From assembly GCA_048213135.1 (NCBI GenBank), contig PS015828.1:1-42114 (forward strand): a stretch of 42,114 nucleotides of DNA, written 5' to 3'. Origin of the DNA: Reclinomonas americana ATCC 50394 (lineage: Eukaryota). The position numbers and the translations under genes are program-made. Below the pieces are notes generated by a model. The model was not told the origin of the DNA and did not search any database. It saw only the letters and a list, made by a program, of their open reading frames with translations. Positions 14,766 to 26,500 of the stretch are shown here, one piece after another (position 1 is the first letter of the stretch; the number at the start of each line of letters is the position of its first letter).

Positions 14766-15924
14766 TCACTGGTCATTGACCAGCTCGACGGAGAGCAGAC
14801 CCTGCGGCTTGTACGGGTATGGGAGCTTGCCGCCCGTGTTCTGGTGCATGGTCACGCCGAGATTGATCAGGATCTGCCACACCTTCTTGATGTCGTCGGG
14901 GTGTCCGTGAATGCAGCCGTGCGAGTTGGGCTGCGCGCACGCGTACACCGTGAGCACAGCAGCGACAAAACAACAAAGTGGGACTGGACGAGTGCGTACC
15001 ATGGGCATCGAGGGATTCCAGTTGGCCCACTCGCCCGTGTGCAGCAGAATGCCGTCGCGAATGTCAGAGATCACAATGGCAGCGTTGCCCTTCAGGCCCT
15101 GCACGGCGCGATTGATGGGGTACGGGCCGTAGGAGACTGGATCGGGTTCGGGCGAGTTCAAGTCAAACGACGACAGGCCAGTGGGCGTCGAGCCATCACC
15201 AGCAAACTGCGCACAAGAGATGAGTTCGTCGTGCCAGACGCTCATCCACACACATGCTCGCAGTACCTGATTGAGCGCATCGCCGTCCTTGTCGTTCTGC
15301 CCATGCGTGCGCACAATGAACTGGTGCAGAATGTTCATCTGCGAGTCATACAGCGTCGCCACCGTCTCCACCGACCGGTTGTGGAACACCGGCACGTGTA
15401 CCTTGTACAGGTAACCAGGCAGAATGGTGCCATCGTCCACGTATCCGTCATCCATGTGCAAATCGAGGAGCTTTTGCGCCGTGTAGCACTCAAACACGCC
15501 CGTCACCTGCAAGCCGTTTCCAATCTGGAACTGACGCACCGCAGTCTACAGGAAGGCATGAGTGAGAAGGAGAGAGAGTGTGTGCTGAGCGAGTGAGTGA
15601 GAGACCTCGGTGATTGTGTCATACTGCGAGGTGACATTGAGCGGAGGCGACATGGACTGCACAAACGGCGAGCGCAGCAACAGGTTCTGCGCAATGGTGA
15701 CGTCATCACCGTGCAGTGGGAGCGGGAAGGTAAAGGTCAACGCGCGGAAAAACGGCGGTGGAAACACCGGTGTCGCACTCGCACAATCCGTCTTCTGTGC
15801 GTGTGTGTGTGAGTGGTCATGACACGCGCTCTCTCTTAGTGTGTGTGGTGGTGCGCGCAACAGCGGTGACAGTGTGTGCCAACACGGCGCACACAAGCAG
15901 CGCGAGAAGCACTGCGCTTTTCAT
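14766..15924 (-). CDS. Secreted peptidoglycan-binding (PG_binding_1) plus L,D-transpeptidase (YkuD) protein
   Basis: Signal peptide MKSAVLLALLVCAVLAHTVTA; PG-binding-like GDDVTIAQNLL..YDTITETAVRQFQIGNGLQVTG; YkuD catalytic motif GILLHTGEW..PNSHGCIH with His and Cys intact. Contains several GT-AG introns. Confidence 0.85.
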
Positions 15925-16114
15925 TGTGGTGACGTGAGACAGTGATTGTCAGACGCGGACCACGCGACGTTGCAGCAAAACTATATCATTGTTGTTTATC
16001 ATCGTGTCTATGAACATGTGTGTGTGAGAGAGCGGGGGAGGAGTGAGCGAGGGACAGGTGCGAGTGCGTGACAAGAAACACGCGGCCATTTCCGACGCTC
16101 ATCGCGCGCGACGC

Positions 16115-17132
16115 TCAAGGATCCATGTAGGCGCCGAGCCCGACGACCCTGCACAACGCGCGTCCCACTATACATAGTGTCAGCGCGCACGCGCGCACTC
16201 ACTTTGCACACACCAGCAGCACACTCGTAACATTTGCGACCGAGCATCCCGCCCAATCGTCTCCAGATCCACGACGTTCCGCGCAACGCCTTTCGCACCT
16301 TTCGCGCAGCCTCCTCTGTGCGCAACCGCTCTGCCTTGCTGTCCTCGTCCTCGCTGCTGCTGCTCGCCTCGAAGTAGTCGTCGGGAATGTCATCGACTGT
16401 CGGCTTGATGCGTGCTGGTGAGTGGTGCGAGGGCGGTGGCGAGCGTGGTGAGCGCGGGGACACGCGTCGTGGTGAGCGTGAGCGCTGGCGAGGCCGCGAT
16501 CGGCGCCTCATGCTAGGCGAAGAAAGAAGGATCTGCAGGACACGGAGTCTCCGTCGATGCCTATTGTGGTGCGCTCGACACCGCCATCGGTGGCGGTATC
16601 GTCGCGTGCAGGTGCGCTGCTGTCGCTGGCGTGGCAAACGCTGCGATCGCGGCACTTTGTGGTGACGTCGGTGCTGGCGACGTGTTATGCGCTGGTCGTG
16701 CGCGCGCGGGAGACCGCGGCAGGGAGGCGAGCTGCTCCTCGTGAAGGCGTGCTGGTGTCGTCGTGGAGAGATAAGCCTGTGTCGGTGTCGCGGTGGTGGC
16801 GGCGATGGTGGTTGTCGCGGAGTGAGGAGGAGAATGATCGGGAGGAGAATGCGGTGCAGTGGGCGCAGCGAGTGCGTTCGTTGCGTGAAGGTGTGCAGTC
16901 GCAGTCGCGCATGGTGTTGCCTCCACCACCAGTGGCGATCCCAAGACGCGCGCTGAGATGATGATGATCAATGAACGTCGCCAGCATGTTTGCAATGAGA
17001 ATCGATACGGCAGCACAGACGTGCAACAGAGGGCCTATACACGGACTCACAGACAGCCTTTGTTTGTGGTCGAGTCGCGTCCACTTTGTTGCGACGTTTG
17101 TGGTCGTCGCGTCCTCCATTGTCCATTTTCAT
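16115..17132 (-). CDS. Hypothetical low-complexity Ser/Pro/Thr/Ala/Arg-rich protein
   Basis: Phase-consistent exons: MKMDNGGRDD..KAVS|RVLGSPLVVEATP..PPPMA|ILLSSPSMRRRSR..DDIPDDYFE..KCYECAA|VGRALCRVVGLGAYMDP*. No family recognised. Confidence 0.45.
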
Positions 17133-17216
17133 CCCACCGTCGCTCCCTCGTGTGCGCACTCGTTAACCCTCCCCTCCTTCTTCACCCCTCTCTCTCGTTA
17201 TCCCTTGCTCGTTACC

Positions 17217-20200
17217 ATGGCTTCTGCCTCGCAAGCTCACCCGCACGTCGACGAGGTCGACGCGGAGGAGGAAAACCGCCGTTTGGTGGAGGTTTGTCAC
17301 TGCACACTCACACGCTCACACACACATAGACTTGCTTTTGTTGCATGCACTGCATGGAGCGAGACGAGAGACAACAAACAGGCAGTTGTCGCGCAAGTGC
17401 CATCTTGGCCATGTTCCAAGTGACAAGTCACACGCGCACTCTCCCCGCCTCTGTGTGTACTCACGCGTCTCTGCACTTGCTCTTTCTCGTCGCTGCCCTC
17501 CTCGCCCACTGTGCGCGAGTTGCACTTTGCACGCTCTTGCATGCCTGTTCCTTTTTCTTGTACGCGGAACATCTCACCGCCATGTGTGCGTCACCACTCA
17601 CTCGCACACTCTCTTATTTCTCCACCGTGCCTCCCTTCTCGCCACTCCACCTCCTTGTAACTTGCGCGCTCCCTCTCTTTCTCCACGCCACTTGCTTTCC
17701 ACTCGAGTTCTATTTTGGTCACTCTTGTACTCATCTGGTTGCATGACGACGACAACAGGATGCCCAGTCGCGCATGGCTGCGGCTTTTGGTCGCGAGGCC
17801 ATCCTCGCCCTGAAGAGCGCCAAGTACATTGTGTCGGGCCTGAACGGCGTGGGCGCAGAAGTCGGTATGTAAACGACTTGCGCCAAAGAGCAGGTTCCGA
17901 GTCTATCTACTCACGTGCTGCTGTAACACAGCCAAGAACATCATGCTGACTCGCATCGACACCATTGTGCTGCATGACACTCGCCCGACCACGTTCATGG
18001 ATCTCTCGTCGCAGGTACTCACTTGCTGCTGCTCAAACACGCACAATCACACTCTCACGTATGTCTCCTTGTGCACACACAGTTTGCGCTGTCGGAGGAC
18101 GACATTGGCAAGAACCGCGCCGAGGCCTGCTTCACTCGCATGCACGAGCTCAACCCGGCCATCAACGCTCACCTCGGTGCGTGTCACTGCCATCCCAGCT
18201 CCGCTTTTCTCTTTGTTTATTGTTGACGACGCTTTGTTGTGTGCAGAGACTGGCGACCTGTTCGACTTCCTGAAGAAGTCCGAGAACCTGCACCCAGACG
18301 GCCGCTCCATCTACGACTGCCTGGTGGTGCGTACCACTGTCCCTTGCGCTTGCCTTGTCTCTTTTCAACTGCCACTCACATTGTATGTCACAGATCTGTG
18401 ACACCAACATTGATGCCGACCTGCTGGCGCTCACCGACTGGTGCCACAACAAGGGCCTGAAGGTGGTGATTGCACTGTCGCGCGGTGAGTGGTGATGCTG
18501 GCTTGAGGTCAGAGAGGAGAAAATGGAGAATGCTGAGTGGGGGCATGCACACACAGGTCCGTTTGCCATGCTGTTTGCGGACTTTGGCCACGGTTTTGTG
18601 TGCAACGATCTGAACGGCGAGGAGTTCCAGGAGCTCCCCGTGCAGATGATTGTTGTGTTGTGTGTGTGCTCACAAGCAGCTCGGGTGTGTTCTGACAACC
18701 ACTCGGGGCGTGATTGCAGGAGGCCATCCCGGTGTACGACGAGGCCGGCCACCGTGTCGGACACAAGGGTGTGGTGCGCATCCGCGTGGCCGACGAAATC
18801 TGGAGCCACGGTCTGCAGGACGGCGACACTGTGTCGTTCAAGGTGCTGTGTGTGTTGTGTTGCGTGTGGATTACCTTCCAGTTGCTGACACTCGCTTGTG
18901 CAGAACGTCGACGGCATTGAGGGTCTGAACGGCAACGAGTTCCAAGTCACCATCATTGACCGCACTGCGTTCTCGATCGGCATGATCCCGCACGAGGGCG
19001 AGTTTGGCGGCAGCGGCTTTGTCAAGGGTGTGAAGAAGCCGGTGCCATTCTCCTTCGTTGCGTCGACTGCGAATGATCGCGTTCCGAGTTTGTGCGCGTG
19101 TTGCTCATTCTCTTCCTTGTTGTTATCACAGCGTCCGCTCCGCGACGTGCTGCAGAACCCGGGCCCGATTGTGCAGTCGGATCTGATGAAGATGTTCTCG
19201 TGCAACTCGGAGTCGCTGCACTTTGGCTTCTTGGCGCTGTCGCACTTTGTGGCGGAGAACGGTCGTCTGCCGACTCCGGGCAATGTGGCCGAGGCGGAGC
19301 GTGTGGTGCAAAAGGCGGAGACGATCTTTGCGGCCACTCGTGTGCAGTTTGTGCCGGGCTCGCCGCTCGTGCCGGTGCGCTCAGAGATGCCATTCGAGGA
19401 GGTGAACAAGGACCTGGTCCGCAAGCTGGCGCTGTACTCGCAGGGCAACTTGAACCCGATGGTGCGTCGCGATGAAGGATGAGAAGGAAAGAATGACGAG
19501 CGCTGAACTCCTTGCCCCACAACAGGCGTCGGTGTTGGGAGCTCTTGCGGCGCAGGAGGCACAAAAGGCGGTGACGAAGCGGTACCAGCCGCTGCACCAG
19601 ATCATGTACCTGGACTTTGTGGAGGTGCTGCCGGAGGAGCCGCTGTCGGAGGCTGAGCTGGCACCGATTGGAAGCCGCTACGACGGACAGATTGCGGTGT
19701 TTGGCAAGGCTGCTCAGGAGCGCATTCTGCGTCAGAAGATCTTCATGGTCGGCGCTGGTGGTGAGTTTGTATGCGAGAAAGACAGAAACGAGTGTTTCTG
19801 TTGCTCGCTTGCTGATTGGCGATGCGTTTTCTCCCTGCAGCTCTCGGTTGCGAGTACCTGAAGGACTTTGCGATGATGGGTGTGGGTTGCGGGTGCGTGT
19901 CACTGCTGTTGTGTACTTCTTATTGCTGTGGACTCACTGCGTTTTTTTGGTGGCCAGCGGCGGTGCCATCACGGTGACCGACATGGACACGATTGAGGTG
20001 TCGAACCTGAATCGCCAGTTCCTATTCCGCAAGCAGCATGTCAACGTTGCGGGCTTTGTGTGCATGTCGATCAGATCGCAAATGCGATGTTTTCTGATTG
20101 TTGTCGGTGGCTGTCTTCGCGATATCAGAGCTACAAGGCTGCGGTTGCGTGCCAGCAAGCGAGCAACATGAACCCGAATATGCATACCACTGCGCTGCAG

Positions 20201-23200
20201 CAGATGGTGGCACCGGCCACTGAAGGTGCGTTGCAAATCCGCAGGTCATGTCTCTGTGACGTAGCCCTTGTGTCGTAACACTTTTTGTGTGGGTGCATCA
20301 GGCCTGTTCGATCGCGCCTTCTGGGAGGACAAGGATATGGTGGTGAATGCACTGGACAACATCCAGGCTCGCCTGTACGTCGACGACCGCTGCGTGCAGT
20401 TCCGCAAGCCGCTCGTTGAGGCCGGCACGGAGGCCGTCAAGTGCAACTGGTGTGTGCATGTATTTTCCTGATGTTTTTCCGTTATCCTTCGCTCACTAAG
20501 CCTTGGTGTGCACAGCTGTGTGAGTACACTGGCTGTTTGGGAGTGTGTCCAGCGTGTCGTGGCTGGCAGTGTCTCACACCACGTTTTTGTGTCCGCTGTA
20601 CAGATTGTGATTCCGGGCTTCTCGGTCAACTACGGCTTCCATCGCGAGATTGACCCGCCAAAGGCCAAGAAGTGCACTGTGACCAACTTCCCTGTGCGTA
20701 ACTTGCTTGTGTAGGTGTGTAACTTGATTGTGCGTTGCATTCTGACCTTCGGTGTTGTCTTGTGCGCAGTACGTGCGTCATTGAATAACCCTTGTACCTT
20801 TATTACCAAGCGAATGACTCACGTTTGTTTTTTCCCCTCCTTGCTCTTGATTGCATACAGCTGGTGAGTTGGCCCATGTGTTGCGCGATGGTCCTGTCAC
20901 GTGTTGCTTAGTTAACCCTTCGAATCGCAGATCGAGCACTGCATCCAGTACGCGCGCGAGATCACGTTCCAGAAGCTGTTTGTGGACTGCCCGGAGGCTG
21001 TGGCCGAGTACCGCAACAACCCGCAGGCCTTCCTGGACAAGGTCAAGGAGATGCCGGAGACGGAGAAAGTCGATGTTGCGTTGAGGCGATCTGTATGTCG
21101 GAGTCGACGGGAAGATACTGATGTGGTGGTGCGTCGCAGGTTGCCCGCAAGCTGGCTGGCATTCTGAGCGCCGAGAACCGCTGCGCCTCTCTGGAGGACT
21201 GCGTGGCGTGGGCGCGCAACCTGTACGAGGAGGAGTTTGTGCACTCGGCGTTCCAGTGGCACTCGCTGTACCCTCGTGATGCCAAGAACCGCGACGGTGA
21301 GTCTTGTGCCGGCATTGCCTGCCATGTGAGTTGATGACTTGCTGACTCGGGGCATTATTGCAGGCACGCCGTTCTGGGGTGGCGTCAAGACTTACCCGAC
21401 GGAACAGCGATTCGACCCGGCAAACCCGCTGCACGTGCAGTTCCTGGTGCGCGACAATGTATTGTTGGCTTGTTGCAGTTGCCCTGCTCATCCCCGGTTG
21501 GTGCACAGGTGACGGCGACTGCGCTGCGCGCCAAGACTCTCGGCATTGCTGTGCCGTCGGAGTTCCGTCTGGATAGCCGCCGTGGAAAGGCGCTGGTGCT
21601 GGAGATCGCCTCGCGCGTCAACGTGAAGGCGTTCAGCAACTCGGCGGTTTGTAAAGCGTGTGGTGGTGGCGCGTGTGTCGAGTTCCTCATACCGTTGGTG
21701 AATGCGATGAGCAGAAGGCATCGACCGACGGTGAGGACGAGTCGAACGTGTCGCTGGTGCAGGAGTTCGACCCGAACGCCGTGCTGAGCTCGCTCCCGTC
21801 GCCGAGCGACATCTCGCCGTCGGTGACCGCCGATGAGTTCGAGAAGGACAACGACCTCAACTACCACGTGGACTTCCTGATGGCCGTGTCCAACATTCGT
21901 GCCATCATGTACCGCATCGACACGGTGGACCGCCTGAAGATCAAGCTCGTTGCCGGTCGTGTGATTCCGGCCATTGTGACGAGCACGGCTCTGATCTGCG
22001 GCTACGCGAGCTTTGAGATGCTGAAGGTGTGTGTGGATTTTCGGATGAGATTGCACTGAACTTGTCGGTTGGCTGACTGCTGGGTGCAGATCTGGTCTGG
22101 CCGGCCAAACTCGGCGATTCGCGAGTCGACGGTCAACCTCGGCACGCTGATGTTCACCGTGCAGGAGCCGATGGAGGCGCCGAAGGTGAGAGTGTCTATT
22201 GTGTGTGCCTGCTTCCTTCGGAGCGGTAGGGTGATGACTGATTGACGTGCTTTGTTCAACGTACAGTGGAGCTACAAGGGTGCGAGTGGCGACCACACGT
22301 TCACGCTGTGGGACAGCGTGCATGTGGACGCGCGTGGTCTGACGCTGAAGCAGGTTTGTCGTTGCTGTTGCTCTCCTCGCTGTTGCTCCTTGTCTCTGTC
22401 GCTCTCCTCGCTGTTGCTCTGTGTCTCTATCGCTCTCTTCGCTGCTGCTCTGTGTCTCTGTCGCTCTCTTCGCTGCTGCTCTGTGTCTCTGTCACACTCC
22501 TCGCGGTTACTCTGTGTCTTGTGTCGCTCTCCTCGCTGCTGCTCTGTGTCTGTGTCGCTCTCCTCGCTGTTGCTCCGTGTCTCTGTCGCTCTTCTCGCGG
22601 TTGCTCTGTGTCTCTGTCGCCCTTCTCGCTGTTGCTCTGTGTCTGTGTCGCTCTCCTTGCGGTTGCTCTGTGTCTATCGCTCTCTTCGCGGGTGCTCTGT
22701 GTCTCTGTCGCTCTCTTCGCTGTTGCATTGTGTCTGTCGCTCTTCTCGCTGTTGCTCTGTGTCTGTGTCGCTCTCCTTGCAGTTGCTCCGTGTCTCTGTC
22801 GCTCTCCTCGCTGGGCGTACTGCACACAGGCGTCCTCACCAATGCTATTCATTCCTGGCAGTTCTTGGACAAGATGAAGGCGGAGCAGGAGCTGAACATC
22901 GAGACAATCTCGGTGGTGCGACAGGACTACGTGGTGTGGTTTGGCGCTCGCGGGGCGCTGGACAAGCCGCTGCTTGAGCTCGTGGAGAATATCGTGAAGA
23001 AGAACAAGCTGCACGTGGACCCGTCTGGCATTATCGAGTTCCTGGTGTCGGCACCGTTGCGTAGTGGCCGTCTGCACCGCGCTTGGTGAATCGATTTTGT
23101 CTCACTCACGCGCGCGTGGTGATTTTACTGCAGTGATGGCTCCGTGGTGAAGAAGCTGGATCAGGAGGGCAAGGAGTACGAGGAGGACGGACCGGAGCAT

Positions 23201-23230
23201 CTGCCAAAGATCTTTGTGCGCGTGCACTGA
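17217..23230 (+). CDS. Ubiquitin-activating enzyme E1, divergent UBA1/UBA6-like
   Basis: SGLNGVGAEVAKN; RYDGQIAVFG; VGAGALGCEYLK; TDMDTIEVSNLNRQFLFR; NALDNIQARLYVDDRCV; catalytic KCTVTNFP(YL)IEHC; FEKDND; KLVAGRVIPAIVTST; UFD region FTLWD; TGA at 23228-23230. Confidence 0.93.
22370..22815. repeat. Intronic minisatellite with a 29-31 bp unit (consensus about CTCGCTGTTGCTCTGTGTCTCTGTCGCTCTC), roughly 14-15 degenerate copies
   Basis: Tandem units are visible directly inside the E1 intron 22354-22861. Confidence 0.9.
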
Positions 23231-23569
23231 GCGCACCCGACAATGCGGTTCGAGGGGGTACTTTGAATGAAGGAGTGAAACGACTTTCCATCAATAGTTG
23301 GGGAGGAGGACACCAGAGAGAAGGAGAAGAAGAAGAAAAAGTTGCATGGTTCGTAGATCGGTGTGCGTTGTCGTCGATCGATTTATAATGCATAACAAGA
23401 TGACGATGATGGGCACGACAGCAGCTGTCTCGATTTACAGGCCTGCTGTGGAGAGTTGCCGAGGGTAGTCGAAGAGATAGATGGAGAGAGAGTGAGAGAG
23501 GAGGAGGGGGAGCGGGAGTGGTGTTGCGTGCCTGGGTTCGTGGTCGATCAAACTTCCCAGCCCAGTATT

Positions 23570-26500
23570 TCATCGGTCCAACATGGTGGGCCATGCAGGC
23601 GCCCGAGCCCCGTCCATTTCCGAGGCGAGTTGGTTGGACGCGAGGAGTGTGTGCTGAGAACCACCGACTGTTGCTCCACAGTCGGGACAGCGGCTGGTTT
23701 GCATGGCCCCGCCGCACTCGCCGATAAAGTATGGATGTCCGTTGGGGCATTTGAACCAGTGTCCCGCCGCCGACGAACCACCCAGCTCCTGTCGCATGGC
23801 GGCCACGATCATCTGTCGTTCCTCCTCGGACAAGCGATTTGCGATGGCTGCAAGAGCCTCCAGGCCTTCGTACCTCGGGTTCAACTCTCGCAGCTGCGAG
23901 AAAGTCGTCAGCGACTATCATGATATCACCTGTACACAAGAAAGCAAAACGCGAGCAGACGGACGCAACAAAACGAAGCAGTCGCTTTGCTTTGTCAACG
24001 TTGGCATGCTGTCCAGACGACTCCATGACAATCCAGTGATGCAGGGCGCGACAACGGTGCTCCACCATCACTTGATCGTCAGCCGCCACACGCTGCAGCC
24101 GAAGCAGGTGGTGAGTGAGCGACAAGTGCTCGCCGAAATGAACACCGCTACACACCTCGTACTCTGTGGCGGCATCGACGCGACGGTTCGCGCGTTGATA
24201 CGCCTCGGCCAGTTGTAGGCGTGCATCGTGGTGGCTCGGAAGCATGTCCAGAACGCGTTTGAAGTTTTTGATGGCCGCCTTCAAGTTGTTTCTGCACACC
24301 TCGCTGTTATTTTCAAGCCGCCTACTCTCACACATTCCGTGAACTGTGATGCGCAACGAATCCAATGCCGCAAAGCCGGCTGCCATACAACGCTTGCTGT
24401 TGAGACGACGCTTGACTTTGTCAATGTCGTCCAGCGCGTGCCGAATCGAGGCTGAATACCGAAGTGTGCGACGCACCGATGCCTGCGGTCACCAGCATCT
24501 GAGACTAAAGTAGCCGTGGGCACGAGCAAAAGAGGCACATTGGCACGCAACTCGGCAGCTCGGACACTTTGGGAATCCGATTGCCTTGTGCTCCGACGCA
24601 TCGGGATCGTCCTGTTGCAATCCTTTCATGTACTCGTCGAGGCCGGTAACCTCGAAGACGTGATGACAGTCGACAAGCTCGACAAACAGTGCGTCTCCAT
24701 CAAACTGCATCCATGCGGACAGGTGTCAGCATAACACGAAAACAAGCGTCGCAGACGACAACCGCGTACCTCAGAGAGAGGCATCATGTGAATCGGCTCC
24801 TCCATGTCACCGTTACAGATGCGACACGCTCGCGGACATGGTTCGCCACACACACCAATACACGTATGACCACACTCAAGGACCTCCTGCGATGGTACGT
24901 GTCAAACCGGATGAAAGCATAGAGGATCGATTGGTATATCTATAGCATACGAACCGCACAGGGACGCATGCATGGCGGTCGATCACACGGGTCACTGCAC
25001 AGTTGGTGACAGGCATGGTGTTCGCAGTGGTACGCACACGGTTCGCCGCATGGCACGCAGATCTCGCCGCAGGCCTTCTGGCATCGCGAGTGCACACAGA
25101 AGTTTTCACATGGCAGAGCGCATGGCGGGCAGTCGTCGCAGCATTTCTGTCACTCGGTGTGAGATGCTTACTTACAAAAGCGCGCCCGACAGCGCAAGAA
25201 GCTAATAACGCAACCGACTGACACTTGTGGCCACACAGAAGGTACCGCTTGCACGGCTCAGTGCACGGTACATGCTGACGACCACCATGACACTTGCCAC
25301 ACGTCCCCGCACACGAATGACCGCATCGCTCCAGCACATGTCGACAGGGCTCACGACACTCGATTTTCTCGAGTGGCACTGAGCACGCCACGTAGGCCGT
25401 GTGTCCACACGGAAGCAGTCGGCGCACGTTGTGCCCGCAAGGGGCGCACTCCTCGCTGCACTTGCTCTGCATGATAATGACTCACTCTGAGCACTGCACG
25501 CTGCGAGCAGCGACTGCCAACCGCTACTGCACAGACTGCTGAAACACACCTGGCACTGATGTCCGCAGGAGAGGATCTTCGGACACGAATGCTGGCACTT
25601 GTCGAATTCTGCTGGGTCAAGGTGGCACGGCACCAGCTGGGTGTGTCCGCACGAAGGAATGACCTTGTCGACCAGTTCCATACACTTCCCCTCAATTACA
25701 GCCTTTGCATTCCAGCATGGCACAGTGAGACTTGGGAGTGTATGTGCTGTGAGAAGAGAGGGGAAACGACGCCGACGATCGAAACAGCCACAAATTCACC
25801 TGTGTTCAGCCGGACAACTGCGCGGAGTCACAGTCTTTTCCTTCGTGCACGGATAGGACTCGCACGATGCAGCGTGGCAGCACAGCGTGCACATGTGACC
25901 ACATTCTCGTCGCCCACCGCACGGTAACTTGCAGCCGCCGAGAATCACGTCATCAAAATCACGCGATTTGCTGACCGACGTGACGTTCTCTGCAACACGA
26001 ATGTGAGCAAAAAGCACGCATGGGGCACCCTACAAACAAACGACATGTTCCAAACCTGGATGGTGGTGACATTGCAGAGACAGCGCAGGTCCACACGCAT
26101 GTTGCTCGTCAAATTCACGGAATACTTGCCGCCACAGACCGCAACCCTGAGACTCAGACAACAACTTGCGGTTGCCGATCACGTACATGGCTGCGTTTGC
26201 GCCGACAACAAGAATGAGAACACCTCCATCGCAAGATACTGACTGCAGACTGTACCATGTCGGGCGCGAGAGAGCGCGACACAGATGCGGTTCTCGATCT
26301 TGACGAATCCAGTGACGCCTTCCATGTTGGATCGAACAAGCGACAACAGGATAATATCGTTCTCTTCGCCCTGGTAATCGTCGATCGTGGACACACGAAC
26401 ATGTTGAATGTCAGACGTGCCGGGAGTGTTCGCACGATGGCGGCGGAGCGCATCTTTGAGCTCCATCACTTGTCCCGTATCTGTGACACCAGCACACTTA

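Noticed and set aside
22242-23077. Long Cys/Leu/Ser-rich ORFs in several frames
   Set aside because: Translation artefacts of the intronic minisatellite.
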